A stretch of 62,586 nucleotides of DNA, counting the filler. It is 5 parts of 5 records of this genome, joined end to end, with 100 filler letters (N's around TTAATTAATTAA, not from the genome) between each part and the next. Parts side by side here need not be neighbours in the genome. Positions count along the whole stretch, not along the records: positions 28,402 to 45,803 come from DRR723986_8082; positions 45,904 to 55,673 come from DRR723986_8083; 3 more parts are not named here. One strand, written 5' to 3'. This document shows positions 38,848 to 49,329 of this stretch, piece after piece. The position numbers and the translations under genes were made by a program. How positions within the stretch are numbered: position 1 is the first letter of the stretch; each line of letters begins with the position of its first letter. The notes below the pieces were generated by a model that worked only from the letters and a program-made list of their open reading frames with translations, was not told the origin of the DNA and did no database searches.

Positions 38848-39000
38848 CTACTTGTCTGGCAGGTCGTCGTCGTCAAGGATGCGCCATTTGGCACCTTCGA
38901 GATCGTCATACTGGCCGCTTTTCAAGGACCAGAGGAAAGCCCCAAGCCCCAGTGCTCCCAGGAGCAATGCAATCGGTATCAGATAGATCAGAACGTCCAT
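38848..39000 (-). CDS. ccoS: cbb3 oxidase assembly protein CcoS/FixS (50 aa, absent from the ORF track)
   Basis: Manual translation MDVLIYLIPIALLLGALGLGAFLWSLKSGQYDDLEGAKWRILDDDDLPDK. Confidence 0.95.
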   Translation of the reverse strand: MDVLIYLIPIALLLGALGLGAFLWSLKSGQYDDLEGAKWRILDDDDLPDK

Positions 39001-39007
39001 GTTGATC

Positions 39008-41254
39008 TCATTCAGCAGCCTGTTGCTGTCGCACTGCGGGTGCGTTCGCTCCTGCGTCCCTGCCGCCGTCTCCCCAGCGCAGCTTGAGGGCGTTTGCAGT
39101 AACTGCCAGCGACGATGCGGACATCGCTGCTGCCGCCATCAAAGGTGTGACGAAACCGGCCACGGCAATGGGCACGGCAATGATGTTGTAGACGACCGAG
39201 ATCCAGAGGTTCTGCTCGATTGCCGCCCTTGCCCGTTTCGACAGCCTAAGCGCATCGGCCACCGGCTGCAATTTGTCACCGAGAAAAACGGCGTCTGCAG
39301 CGGCCTGACTGAGATGCACGGCCGAGACAGGCGACAACGAGACATGCGCCCCGGCCAGCGCCGGTGCATCATTCAGGCCATCGCCAACCATCAGGACCTT
39401 GCGGCCACTGGCCTGGAGTTCTTCGAGACGTGCAATTTTCTCGGCGGGCTTCATGCCCGAGCGCCAGTCCGATACACCCAGCACAGCCGCGCAATCGGCC
39501 ACAGCAGGTTTCGTATCCCCGGAGACAATTTCAAGCGCGTAGCCGGCTGATTTCAACTGATCGATCACCGCCCTGGCATCCGGCCGCAGCCGTTGACGGA
39601 ACGCCAACAGGCGGGCAGGTTTCCTGCCAAAGCGGATAGCAAGCAGAGACGCACCCGGGTTCGACTGAAGTGCTGCCTCGACCTGTTCGTCGGATGCTTC
39701 GCAGAACAGCGGGCTGCCAAGCCGCAGACGCTGTCCGGCAACCGTGGTTTCAAGACCCGCCCCGGATGTCTCGCTGACATCCGGCAGAGGCTGCAACGCT
39801 CCTGTTGCCTTGACCAGGGCTGCCGACAAGGGATGCCGACTTGCCAGCGCAAGGCGTCCGGCCAGCGCAAGCGTTTCGTCATCTGGATCGATGGTGCCGC
39901 ACAGATCCGGCTCGGTAAGCGTCAGCGTTCCGGTCTTGTCGAACAGGATGGTGTCGATATCCGACAACCGTTCGATGGCATCGCCCGAATTGAGCAGGAT
40001 CCCACACCGGAAGAGCTGCCCGGATGCCACCACCTGAACCGCGGGAACCGCCAAACCGAGCGCGCAGGGACAGGTGATGATCAAGACGGAAATGGCGATG
40101 ATCAAGGCTGGCTGCCAGTCGAGCCCAACCAGCAACCAGCCAAGAAATGTCAGCGCAGCCGCGCCATGCACCAGGGGCGCATAAAGGCGGGCGGCTCGGT
40201 CGGCAATGCGCACGTATTTGGATTTGGCCTGGGATGCCGCTTCGAGCAGGCGGTTGACCTCATCCAACAACGTCGCGCCGGAAGCAGCCTGAACCCGGAC
40301 CTGCAACACCCCTGCTCCGTTCAAGGTACCGGCATAGACCCGTTGACCGGCCGCAACCGGCACCAGCACGCTTTCACCGGTCACGAGGCTTTGGTCGATC
40401 TCGGAAACACCGGTTTCAACCACACCATCCACCGGCACCCGCTCGCCGCCCGATACCAGAACCAGGTCGCCTGCGGCGATTTTTGAAAGCGGAACTTCGC
40501 GGACAGCACCGTCGGGATGGATCAGTGCGGCAACTTCGGCCTTCAGAGCGGCGATGTTCTCTGCAAAAGACCGCGTCCGCCCTCGCATGTTGTGGTCGAG
40601 ATACCGTCCGACCAGCAGGAAGAACAGCAACATGACGGCGGATTCGAAATAGGCATGATGCTGGTGCTGGATGGTCTGGACGACCGACAGGGCGACCGCC
40701 AGTGTCACGCCGATCACGATCGGCACATCCATGTTCAACCGGCCGGCAGCCAGGGCGTTGAAGGCGCTGCGAAAGAACGGCCGCCCGGAGTAGGCAACTG
40801 TCGGCAAGGCGATCAGCGCAGACAGCCAGTGGAAGAAATCCCGGGTTTCCGGGGTGATGTCCGTGGCATTGCCCGACCACACGGAAACGGACAGCAGCAT
40901 GATGTTCATGCCGGCAAAGCCGGAAACCGCCAGACAGCGCAGCAATTGTTTGCCGGTCTTGTCCTGACGCTCCTTCTGGCTTGCCGGATCAAAGGGGTGG
41001 GCCTTGTATCCGAGACGTTCCAGCTCGGCGACGATCTCGTCAGCCCCGGTCTGGTCTTCTGACCAGTCGACGGCGAGCCGCTGGCTGGTCAGGTTGACGC
41101 GTGCCGTCCGGATGCCCGGAAGCCGTTTCAGACCTCGCTCGATGTCTCCCATGCAGGCAGCGCAGGTGATGCCGTCGACGGCAAGGTCCATGTGGACCGC
41201 ACCGTCTTCGCCCGGCGTCACGAATGCCTGCCAATCACGCTGATGGACCGTCAC
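39008..41254 (-). CDS. ccoI: Cu-transporting P1B-type ATPase CcoI/FixI
   Basis: GITCAAC HMA domain, TGES, CPC, DKTGT, HP, GDGLND; probable GTG start at 41254. Confidence 0.95.
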   Translation of the reverse strand: MTVHQRDWQAFVTPGEDGAVHMDLAVDGITCAACMGDIERGLKRLPGIRTARVNLTSQRLAVDWSEDQTGADEIVAELERLGYKAHPFDPASQKERQDKTGKQLLRCLAVSGFAGMNIMLLSVSVWSGNATDITPETRDFFHWLSALIALPTVAYSGRPFFRSAFNALAAGRLNMDVPIVIGVTLAVALSVVQTIQHQHHAYFESAVMLLFFLLVGRYLDHNMRGRTRSFAENIAALKAEVAALIHPDGAVREVPLSKIAAGDLVLVSGGERVPVDGVVETGVSEIDQSLVTGESVLVPVAAGQRVYAGTLNGAGVLQVRVQAASGATLLDEVNRLLEAASQAKSKYVRIADRAARLYAPLVHGAAALTFLGWLLVGLDWQPALIIAISVLIITCPCALGLAVPAVQVVASGQLFRCGILLNSGDAIERLSDIDTILFDKTGTLTLTEPDLCGTIDPDDETLALAGRLALASRHPLSAALVKATGALQPLPDVSETSGAGLETTVAGQRLRLGSPLFCEASDEQVEAALQSNPGASLLAIRFGRKPARLLAFRQRLRPDARAVIDQLKSAGYALEIVSGDTKPAVADCAAVLGVSDWRSGMKPAEKIARLEELQASGRKVLMVGDGLNDAPALAGAHVSLSPVSAVHLSQAAADAVFLGDKLQPVADALRLSKRARAAIEQNLWISVVYNIIAVPIAVAGFVTPLMAAAAMSASSLAVTANALKLRWGDGGRDAGANAPAVRQQQAAE

Positions 41255-41264
41255 GGTACGTGCC

Positions 41265-41777
41265 TCAGTTCTTGACGAAGATCCGGTTCTCGGACCGGAA
41301 TTTCCGTTCGCCATCCTGTTCGATTTCCAGGATGAGTGTCCAGTTGCCGTCGGCAAGGTTCTCGACTGTGCCGACATAGCGCCCACCGCCGTCAGCCGTG
41401 AAATCGACCTTCACGTCGGCGTCGTCATGAACCGGATTGCGCAAAAGGGCATGAAGGACCACCCCGTAAAGCGGCGTTCCCTGCGCATCGTTGGCCGTGA
41501 CGACCAGCTTGCCATCCGCACTGCTGGTGCGGGTAAATTCGGTCGAGACCTGCCAGTTCAGGTCTGCCTGAGCCTTGGCGGCCGCGATTTCCTGGTTGTA
41601 GGCCTGTCCGGCTTCATAGGAACTTTCCACCACCACGCCCGGGAAAGACCCGAGCGCAAGATAGATGAACACGGCGTTGGCGGTAAAGATCACGCCAAAG
41701 AAGGCAAGAAGCCAGACCAGGACCGTCTTTCCGGTGATCGCCTTGGGATCTTTCATGTTCGATTGAACCATCGTCAT
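41265..41777 (-). CDS. ccoH: CcoH/FixH
   Basis: ITGKTVL..FFGVIFTAN, SYEAGQAYN; located between ccoG and ccoI. Confidence 0.92.
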   Translation of the reverse strand: MTMVQSNMKDPKAITGKTVLVWLLAFFGVIFTANAVFIYLALGSFPGVVVESSYEAGQAYNQEIAAAKAQADLNWQVSTEFTRTSSADGKLVVTANDAQGTPLYGVVLHALLRNPVHDDADVKVDFTADGGGRYVGTVENLADGNWTLILEIEQDGERKFRSENRIFVKN

Positions 41778-41787
41778 TCTTTGCTCC

Positions 41788-43251
41788 TCAAGGTTTTTCC
41801 GGTGCCTTGAACGTGTCTTTGGCTGTGACCACTTCGCCCATGACGCTTTCGGTGATCCGGAAGGTAACCGGCGTCGAATGTGGCATCTTTGCCCAGGGCG
41901 GCGATGTCACGAGAATACGGACTTCCCGGGTCGTGTCAGGACCGACAGAGATGATCGGACGGCCGGCGAAGGTGTCCTCCGTACCAACAGCTTCCACCAT
42001 CGTGTTGGCCGGCATGCCTTCCACATGCAGCATGAAATGGCGCTCGTGGCGGCGTTTGTTCGACAGACGCACGGTATAGCCGTTGCGCACGGACCCGTCC
42101 GACTGCTCGACGAACACCGGGTTCCTGTCATGCAGAACGCTGATATCGGCGAAATCACGATTGAGCAGTGCGAACAGCATGATACCGCAGACCACGGCGA
42201 TGATGCCCACATAAATGACCGTTCGGACGCGGACGATCTCGTAGACCGATTCCTTGCCTTCCAGGCGGCGCTGGATGTTTTCGTCCGTATCGTAGCCGAT
42301 CAGTCCCTTCGGCTTGCCGATCTTTTCCATGACGTTGTCGCAGGCATCGATGCACAGGCCGCACTGGATGCAGTCGAGCTGCATTCCCTTGCGGATGTCG
42401 ACACCCGTCGGGCAGACCTGGAAGCACTGGTAGCAGTCCACGCAATCGCCAGCAGGCATGCCCTGGTCGGCAAGTTTCTTGTTTTGCTTCAGGGAACCGC
42501 GCGGCTCGCCCCTGTCCCAGCGATAGGTGACGTTGAGGGCCTTCTCGTCGGTCATCGCCGCCTGGATGCGCGGCCACGGGCACATGTAGATGCACACCTG
42601 CTCCCGCATGAAGCCTGCGAGGAGATAGGTCGTCGTGGTCAGGATGGCGATCCAGACATAGGCAATCATCGGTGCCTGGAAGGTCAGGAGTTCCCATACC
42701 AGGGTCGGTGCGTCGTTGAAGTAAAGCACCCACGCACCGCCCGTCCACCAGGCTATCATCAGCCACAGGAAATGCTTTGTCACGCGCTTGCGGACCTTGT
42801 CGAAGGTCCAGGGGTCCTTGTCCAGCACGATGCGCTCGCGCCGGTCGCCTTCCACCTTGCGCTCGACCCAGAGGAACAGGTCCGTCCAGACCGTCTGCGG
42901 GCACAGATAGCCGCACCAGACGCGTCCAGCGACCGCGTTCATCAGGAACAGTACCAGCGCTGCAAGAATCAGGAGACCGGTGAGGTAGTAAACTTCCTGC
43001 GGCCAGATTTCGATGAAAAAGAAATAGGCCCTGCTGCCTTCCATATCGACAAGAACAGCCTGGCTTGGAGCATCCGGACCGCGGTCATACCGGATGAAAG
43101 GCAGGAAATAATAGATGCCCAGCGTGATGAACAGCAGCGCCCACTTGATCCTGCGGAACAGGCCGTGCGTCGCCATGGGATAGATCTTTTTGGCTGATGC
43201 AAACCATTCATCGGATTGCGCGCCCTCATGCGTCTCGGTGTCCGTAGACAT
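41788..43251 (-). CDS. ccoG: cbb3 oxidase accessory ferredoxin-like protein CcoG/FixG
   Basis: GRVWCGYLCPQ, CIYMCPW, CVDCYQCFQVCP, CIQCGLCIDAC. Confidence 0.96.
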   Translation of the reverse strand: MSTDTETHEGAQSDEWFASAKKIYPMATHGLFRRIKWALLFITLGIYYFLPFIRYDRGPDAPSQAVLVDMEGSRAYFFFIEIWPQEVYYLTGLLILAALVLFLMNAVAGRVWCGYLCPQTVWTDLFLWVERKVEGDRRERIVLDKDPWTFDKVRKRVTKHFLWLMIAWWTGGAWVLYFNDAPTLVWELLTFQAPMIAYVWIAILTTTTYLLAGFMREQVCIYMCPWPRIQAAMTDEKALNVTYRWDRGEPRGSLKQNKKLADQGMPAGDCVDCYQCFQVCPTGVDIRKGMQLDCIQCGLCIDACDNVMEKIGKPKGLIGYDTDENIQRRLEGKESVYEIVRVRTVIYVGIIAVVCGIMLFALLNRDFADISVLHDRNPVFVEQSDGSVRNGYTVRLSNKRRHERHFMLHVEGMPANTMVEAVGTEDTFAGRPIISVGPDTTREVRILVTSPPWAKMPHSTPVTFRITESVMGEVVTAKDTFKAPEKP

Positions 43252-43334
43252 ACCGTCCGTCCTCTTCAACGCGATCCTGCCCCAATAGGATCTTTGGAAA
43301 ATCATTCGCCACCCACCATTAGCAGCGAGTGTTC

Positions 43335-43371
43335 AAAATAAACCGGCGCAAAGCGTCACACTTTGCGCCGG
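43335..43371 (-). terminator. Intrinsic terminator of ccoNOQP
   Basis: Minus strand CCGGCGCAAAG-TGTGACG-CTTTGCGCCGG-TTTATTTT. Confidence 0.75.
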
Positions 43372-43376
43372 ATCAA
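43363..43376 (-). promoter_or_regulatory. FNR/FixK box of the ccoGHIS promoter
   Basis: Minus strand TTGAT-CCGG-CGCAA; TATTTT at 43340-43335 gives -41.5 spacing. Confidence 0.7.
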
Positions 43377-43422
43377 ATCGTTCAGGCTATCTGGCGCATT
43401 TGTCGCACCAGATCCGCAGGTT

Positions 43423-44301
43423 CTACTGCCCGCCCCCGAAGGAGTGGACGTAGACCGTCAGCGACTTGATGGTCGCCGGATCGAGACGATCGACCCAGGC
43501 CGGCATCACGCCGTTGCGCGGATTGTTGATCTGCGCCTTGATGGCGTCCAGCGACTTGCCATAGAGGTAATTGGCAGACAGCAGGCTCGGTGCACCGACA
43601 TCCTGAATGCCCTTCAGGTCTTCGCCGTGGCAGGCTGCGCAGTTGTCGTCATAGACGGTCTGCCCCGCTGCCAGATCGACGCCTTCGTCGGTCTCAAGTC
43701 CCGCGCGGGATGCGACGAAGTTGGCAACCTGATTGATCTCCTCGCGGCTCAACAGCTCATCACGGCCGAAGGCTGGCATTTCGCCGATGCGTGCTTCGTC
43801 ATGACCGGACCTGATACCGAATTCCAGCGTGGTGTGGATGTTATCCAGCGTGCCACCCCAGATCCAGGTGTCGTCCTGCAGGTTCGGATAACCTTCCGCA
43901 CCCGTGCCGCCGGAACCGTGGCACGGTGCACAGTTGTCACCGAAAGCTGCCTGGCCGTTGGCCCGGGCAAATTGCAGCAGCTCCTGATCAGTGGAGATGT
44001 CCTCAAGCGAGGCTGCCACGATCTTGTCGGCAAAGACCGACCGGTCGGAGATACCCTTGTCGTAGGCTGCGATCGCCTCCGTCCGCTGGTTGGCACCCAG
44101 TACACCGGTGGTGTAGCTGGAGACCAGCGGCCAGGACGGGTAGAGAACCCAGTAGATCACCGCCCAGACAATGCAGGCGTAGAACAGATACAGCCACCAT
44201 TTCGGCAGAGGATTGTTCAGTTCTTTCAGACCGTCCCATTCGTGGCCGGTGGTTTCGACCCCGGAGATCTGGTCGACTTCCTTGTTATGTGTGTCTGCCA
44301 T
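43423..44301 (-). CDS. ccoP: cbb3-type cytochrome c oxidase subunit III
   Basis: TTGHEWDGLKELNNPLPKWW, CAPCH, CAACH. Confidence 0.98.
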   Translation of the reverse strand: MADTHNKEVDQISGVETTGHEWDGLKELNNPLPKWWLYLFYACIVWAVIYWVLYPSWPLVSSYTTGVLGANQRTEAIAAYDKGISDRSVFADKIVAASLEDISTDQELLQFARANGQAAFGDNCAPCHGSGGTGAEGYPNLQDDTWIWGGTLDNIHTTLEFGIRSGHDEARIGEMPAFGRDELLSREEINQVANFVASRAGLETDEGVDLAAGQTVYDDNCAACHGEDLKGIQDVGAPSLLSANYLYGKSLDAIKAQINNPRNGVMPAWVDRLDPATIKSLTVYVHSFGGGQ

Positions 44302-44304
44302 GGA

Positions 44305-44460
44305 TCAGTCCTCCCGAAACGGGATTTGAGCAGCGTCGTCGAACTTTTTCCGGTTCTTCGGCCACAATGCGTAGGCCAGAACGACGCCAAACAGGATCAT
44401 GAAGTAGAGTAGGCCCCAGGTTTGTGCGAAGCCTGCGAATGCTGAGTATGTCTCGTTCAT
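44305..44460 (-). CDS. ccoQ: cbb3-type oxidase subunit IV (51 aa, absent from the ORF track)
   Basis: Manual translation MNETYSAFAGFAQTWGLLYFMILFGVVLAYALWPKNRKKFDDAAQIPFRED. Confidence 0.95.
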   Translation of the reverse strand: MNETYSAFAGFAQTWGLLYFMILFGVVLAYALWPKNRKKFDDAAQIPFRED

Positions 44461-44465
44461 CGCCC

Positions 44466-45200
44466 TTACCTCGCGTTTGCCTTGTCGTCATAGATCGAGA
44501 AATCGACCATGGTACCCAGCACCTGGAGATAGGCGACAAGCGCGTCCATCTCGGTCACTTCCCTCGGGTTGCCGTCGAAATCGCGGATCGTGGCATTCGG
44601 CCAGCGCTCCTCGAAGCCATCCGCCGCTTCCGTGTCCGGTCTCGCCTGACCGAGGATGTCAGATGCGGCATTTGCGATCTGCTCTTCGGTATAAGGCACG
44701 CCGATCACGGTGTTGACCGTCAGGTGAGACTCGATGTCCCGGGTGTTGAGGCGGTTTTCAGCCAGGAACGGATAGCCGGGCATGATGGACGCTGGAACCA
44801 GCGCGCGCGGGTCCTTCAGGTGCTCCACATGCCAGTCGTCGGAGTATTTGCCACCGACGCGGGCCAGATCCGGACCGGTACGCTTGGACCCCCACTGGAA
44901 CGGATGGTCGTACATCGATTCCGCAGCCAGCGAGAAATGACCGTAGCGTTCCATTTCATCGCGCATCGGACGCACCATCTGCGAGTGGCACAGATAGCAG
45001 CCTTCGCGGATGTAGATATTGCGTCCGGCCAGTTCGAGCGGCGTATAGGGCCGCACGCCTTCGGTCTTTTCGATCGTGCTCTTCAGATAGAAGAGCGGAG
45101 CGATCTCGACCAGGCCGCCGATGGCGACCATGACCAGAATGCCGATCAAGAGAACGAAGGAGTTCTTTTCAAAGACTTCGTGTTTTTTCCATGCAGACAT
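44466..45200 (-). CDS. ccoO: cbb3-type oxidase subunit II
   Basis: [25 protein letters not shown]. Confidence 0.98.
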   Translation of the reverse strand: MSAWKKHEVFEKNSFVLLIGILVMVAIGGLVEIAPLFYLKSTIEKTEGVRPYTPLELAGRNIYIREGCYLCHSQMVRPMRDEMERYGHFSLAAESMYDHPFQWGSKRTGPDLARVGGKYSDDWHVEHLKDPRALVPASIMPGYPFLAENRLNTRDIESHLTVNTVIGVPYTEEQIANAASDILGQARPDTEAADGFEERWPNATIRDFDGNPREVTEMDALVAYLQVLGTMVDFSIYDDKANAR

Positions 45201-45214
45201 AGTCTGTCCCTCCC

Positions 45215-45803
45215 TTATTCGGCCGGAGCCAGGGAGCCAGCCGGCGTGGCATCGGCTTCTTCAGCCTCGCCGTGACGGACGGTCATCCAGAGATTGTAGG
45301 CCATGATCACGGCGCCGAGCACGAAGAGCGCACCGCCAAGAGCACGGATGATGTAGAAGGGATGCATCGCCTCGACGGTTTCCACGAAGGAGTACTCCAG
45401 GAAGCCGAGCTGGTCGTAGGCGCGCCACATCAGGCCCTGCATGATACCGGACACCCACATCGCGGTGATGTAGAGAACGATACCGATCGTGGACAGCCAG
45501 AAGTGCAGGTTCACGAGCTTCAGCGAATACAGCTGACGCTTGTTCCAGAGCCACGGGATCAGGCAGTAGATCGCGCCGAACGAGATGTAGCCAACCCAGC
45601 CCAGAGCACCGGAGTGCACGTGACCGATGGTCCAGTCGGTGTAGTGCGACAGGGAGTTGACCGAGCGCAGCGACATCAGCGGACCTTCAAAGGTGGACAT
45701 GCCGTAGAAGGCGACCGAAACCACCATCATGCGCAGAACCGGGTCGGTCCGCAGCTTGTCCCATGCACCCGAAAGCGTCATCAGGCCGTTGATCATGCCA
45801 CCC
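45215..45803 (-). CDS. ccoN: cbb3-type oxidase subunit I, 5'-truncated
   Basis: [30 protein letters not shown]. Confidence 0.97.
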
Positions 45804-45903
45804 NNNNNNNNNNNNNNNNNNNNNNNNNNNNNNNNNNNNNNNNNNNNTTAATTAATTAANNNNNNNNNNNNNNNNNNNNNNNNNNNNNNNNNNNNNNNNN
45901 NNN
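45804..45903. other. Artificial contig-joining spacer
   Basis: 44 N + TTAATTAATTAA + 44 N. Confidence 0.99.
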
Positions 45904-46304
45904 TGGCCGAGGAAACGGCAGCGGCGGGCGAAATCGCCACCTCTGGTGGGCGTGCCCCGGATACTGTGGCGACGATACTGAGCCTGGGAGCGGGCCTGCT
46001 GGCGGTGGTGGCCATCATTTATGGTTGTGCCTGGCTGATCCGTCGGATGGGCGGCATGACCGGTATGAACAACAACGCCATCAAGGTGGTGTCTGTGCTG
46101 GCTATCGGTGCCAGGGAACGTATTGCGCTGGTGGAAGTGGGGCAGCAGCAGATTCTGCTTGGCATTACTCCCAGCACGATCAGGACCCTGCATGTATTTG
46201 ATCAGCCGGTGGTGGATGCCGGCAATGCCGGCTCCAGTGACTTCGCCCGCAAGCTGCAGTCCATGATTGGCAAATCCTGGTCAGCGCCAGAGAGGAAAGA
46301 CTAA
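45904..46304 (+). CDS. fliO: Flagellar protein FliO, 5'-truncated
   Basis: TM segment then [17 protein letters not shown]; upstream of fliP; frame open to the gap. Confidence 0.9.
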
Positions 46305-46308
46305 CGTC

Positions 46309-47070
46309 ATGGTGGTGGCCATTCTCAAACGCGGTTTTCCCTGGCTTGCGCTGATTGCCGGCCTTTGTCTTCCCGCCCTGGCCCAGGCTGATCTGCCCGG
46401 CATTCCGGCATTTACGGTTGAGCCCGGCGAGAACGGCACCGAGGAGTACTCGGTAACCCTGCAGATCCTGGCGCTGATGACCGCGCTGACTTTCCTGCCG
46501 GCCATGCTGATGATGATGACCTCGTTTACCCGGATCATCGTGGTCTTTGCGATTCTTCGTCAGGCTCTGGGGCTACAGGCCACACCCTCCAACCAGATCT
46601 TGCTGGGGCTGGCGCTGTTTCTGAGCATTTTTATCATGAAGCCGGTGCTGGAAGAGGCGAACCGGGTGGGCCTGCAACCATACCTGCAGGAAGAGGTGAC
46701 TTCACTGGAGGCGGTGGAACTGGCCAGCCAGCCGTTTCGGAAGTTTATGCTGGAGCAGACTCGAGAAGACGACCTGGCGCTGTTCATGAGGATTGCCGAT
46801 GTTCAGTATGAAACACCGCAGGACGTGTCTTTCTGGATTCTGATGCCGGCGTTTGTCACCAGTGAACTGAAGACGGCGTTCCAGATCGGGTTTATTCTGT
46901 TTATACCATTCCTGATCATCGACATGGTGGTGGCCAGTGTTCTGATGGCCATGGGTATGATGATGCTGTCACCCATTATCATCTCGCTGCCCTTTAAAAT
47001 CATGCTGTTTGTGCTGGTGGATGGCTGGGCCCTGATCATGGGAACCCTGGCCGCCAGTTACGGGATCTAG
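46309..47070 (+). CDS. fliP: Flagellar export protein FliP
   Basis: [36 protein letters not shown]. Confidence 0.98.
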   Translation: MVVAILKRGFPWLALIAGLCLPALAQADLPGIPAFTVEPGENGTEEYSVTLQILALMTALTFLPAMLMMMTSFTRIIVVFAILRQALGLQATPSNQILLGLALFLSIFIMKPVLEEANRVGLQPYLQEEVTSLEAVELASQPFRKFMLEQTREDDLALFMRIADVQYETPQDVSFWILMPAFVTSELKTAFQIGFILFIPFLIIDMVVASVLMAMGMMMLSPIIISLPFKIMLFVLVDGWALIMGTLAASYGI

Positions 47071-47078
47071 GAGGTATC

Positions 47079-47348
47079 ATGACTCCGGAAACGGTTATCG
47101 ACATACTGCGAGAAGCGCTCTGGCTGATTGTTTTGCTGTCTGCGGTCATCATCGGGCCGGGGCTGGCGATTGGTCTTGTGGTCAGTACCTTCCAGGCTGC
47201 CACCCAGATCAACGAACAGACCCTCAGTTTCCTGCCTCGCCTCCTGATCACACTGATCGTGATCATTGCCGCCGGGCCCTGGATGCTGACCACCTTGCTG
47301 GACCACGCCAACGGGCTGATCTCCCGCATTCCCTATCTGATCGGCTGA
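47079..47348 (+). CDS. fliQ: Flagellar export protein FliQ
   Basis: FQAATQINEQTLSFLPR. Confidence 0.98.
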   Translation: MTPETVIDILREALWLIVLLSAVIIGPGLAIGLVVSTFQAATQINEQTLSFLPRLLITLIVIIAAGPWMLTTLLDHANGLISRIPYLIG

Positions 47349-47352
47349 GCCC

Positions 47353-48138
47353 ATGCTGCCGGCGGAGTTCAGTGCAGATCTGATCGGCCAGTGGGTGGGG
47401 CAGCATATCTGGCCATTGTTCCGGCTGGCCAGTTTTCTCATGGTCATCCCTGTTTTCGGTACTCAACTGGTGCCGGCGAGGGTGCGGCTGGGACTGGCGT
47501 TACTGATGACCATCCTGATTGTGCCCATGATCCCTCCCGTTCCCCAGGTGGAAGCGCTCAGTGCCGACGCGGTCGTCATCACGCTGCAGCAGATCCTGAT
47601 TGGTATCGGCCTGGGCTTCGCGCTGACCGCACTCTGGCAGTTGTTTGTGATCGCCGGGCAGATGATTGCCATGCAGATGGGCTTGGGCTTTGCCTCCATG
47701 GTAGACCCCGCCAATGGTGTTAACGTGCCAGTGCTGGCTCAGATCTACACCATCACCATTACTTTGCTGTTTCTGGTGATGAATGGCCATCTGGTGGCCT
47801 TCGAGGTGTTCATCGAGAGTTTCTACACCTTGCCTATTGGCCTGGAAGGGCTGGGGCAGGATGGTGTGTGGGCGCTGGCCCATCGCATTTCATGGATGTT
47901 TGCCTCTGCCATGTTGCTGGCATTGCCGGCCGTGACTGCGGTTTTGATTGTGAACATCTCTTTCGGTGTAATGACCCGTGCGGCGCCTCAGATGAACATC
48001 TTCGCCCTCGGCTTTCCGATTGGCCTGATTTTTGGGTTGTTTGCTATCTGGGTCTTACACGCCAATTTCCTGCCACACTTCGATCAGTACACGCGGGAAA
48101 CGTTTGATTTCATGCGCGCTCTGCAAGGGCAACCCTGA
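47353..48138 (+). CDS. fliR: Flagellar export protein FliR
   Basis: QMGLGFASMVDP, RAAPQMNIFALGFP. Confidence 0.97.
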   Translation: MLPAEFSADLIGQWVGQHIWPLFRLASFLMVIPVFGTQLVPARVRLGLALLMTILIVPMIPPVPQVEALSADAVVITLQQILIGIGLGFALTALWQLFVIAGQMIAMQMGLGFASMVDPANGVNVPVLAQIYTITITLLFLVMNGHLVAFEVFIESFYTLPIGLEGLGQDGVWALAHRISWMFASAMLLALPAVTAVLIVNISFGVMTRAAPQMNIFALGFPIGLIFGLFAIWVLHANFLPHFDQYTRETFDFMRALQGQP

Positions 48139-48140
48139 CC

Positions 48141-49277
48141 ATGGCCGAAGAGAACGACAACAGTCAGGAAAAAACCGAAGAGCCTACCCCCCGACGCCTG
48201 GAGAAGGCCAAGGAGGAAGGCCAGACGGCTCGTTCCAAGGAACTCGCCACCATGGCGGTATTGCTGGCCGGTGCTGGCGGGCTTCTGATTTTTGGTACGT
48301 CGCTTGGCGCTTCTATTGAGTCCATCATGCGCGACTCCTTCGTAATCGAGCGCTCAGCGATTTTTGATACCCGGCATATGAGTGTTCAACTGATACTGGC
48401 GGCCAAAGAGGCCGCCTGGGCGCTGTCACCGATACTGGTGATGTTGCTGATTGCCGCCATTGCCGGCTCCATTGGCATCGGCGGTCTGCTGTTCAGTGCC
48501 AAGGCCATCGCACCGAAATTCAACCGGATGGATCCGATCAAGGGCCTGGGACGAATGTTCTCCATGCGCTCCCTGATCGAGCTGGTCAAGGCGATTGCCA
48601 AGGTGGGCCTGGTGATGGCGGTCGCCATCCTGATTCTGAACCTTCGCACCGAAGACTTGCTTGCGATTGCGGAAGAACCGACCGTACCTGCCATGGAGCA
48701 CGTGCTGTGGACGCTGGGCTGGAGTTTCTTCTTCCTGTCCTGCGCCACCATTGCTATTGCCGCCATTGACGTGCCTTTCCAGATCTACGATCACCAGAAA
48801 AAGCTCCGTATGACCAAGCAGGAGGTCAAGGACGAGTACAAGGACACCGAGGGCAAGCCGGAGGTCAAAGGCAAGATTCGCCAGCTCCAGCGGGAGATGG
48901 CCCAGCGCCGGATGATGCAGGACGTTCCCAAGGCCGATGTGGTGATTACTAACCCGACCCACTATGCCGTGGCATTGAAGTACGATCAGAAAACCATGGG
49001 CGCGCCAGTGGTGGTGGCCAAGGGGGCAGACGAGGTGGCCTTCAAGATTATGGAAATTGCCAGGGAGAACAAGGTCGAGGTCCTGCGAACACCGCCACTG
49101 ACACGGGCGGTGTATCACAATACCGATATTGGTGAAGAGATTCCGGACGGCCTGTACATGGCCATTGCTCAGGTGCTCGCCTACGTCTTCCAGCTGCGTC
49201 AGTTCCGCAAGGGCCGTGGGCCGAAGCCCGGCATGCCGGACTTCCCGATTCCGCCCGATATGCGGCGCGATATCTGA
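48141..49277 (+). CDS. flhB: Flagellar export switch protein FlhB
   Basis: EKTEEPT, EG.PEVK, autocleavage motif NPTH. Confidence 0.98.
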   Translation: MAEENDNSQEKTEEPTPRRLEKAKEEGQTARSKELATMAVLLAGAGGLLIFGTSLGASIESIMRDSFVIERSAIFDTRHMSVQLILAAKEAAWALSPILVMLLIAAIAGSIGIGGLLFSAKAIAPKFNRMDPIKGLGRMFSMRSLIELVKAIAKVGLVMAVAILILNLRTEDLLAIAEEPTVPAMEHVLWTLGWSFFFLSCATIAIAAIDVPFQIYDHQKKLRMTKQEVKDEYKDTEGKPEVKGKIRQLQREMAQRRMMQDVPKADVVITNPTHYAVALKYDQKTMGAPVVVAKGADEVAFKIMEIARENKVEVLRTPPLTRAVYHNTDIGEEIPDGLYMAIAQVLAYVFQLRQFRKGRGPKPGMPDFPIPPDMRRDI

Positions 49278-49280
49278 AGC

Positions 49281-49307
49281 CCTCTATTCCGGGGATCGGA
49301 ATAGAGG
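49281..49307. terminator. Hairpin between the convergent flhB and uraA genes
   Basis: CCTCTATTCCG-GGGAT-CGGAATAGAGG. Confidence 0.65.
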
Positions 49308-49329
49308 CAGGATATTGCTTTCCGCGGGG

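Noticed and set aside
41878..44412. 439-aa and 349-aa plus-strand ORFs
   Set aside because: Antisense shadows of ccoG and ccoP, expected from GC-rich codon bias.
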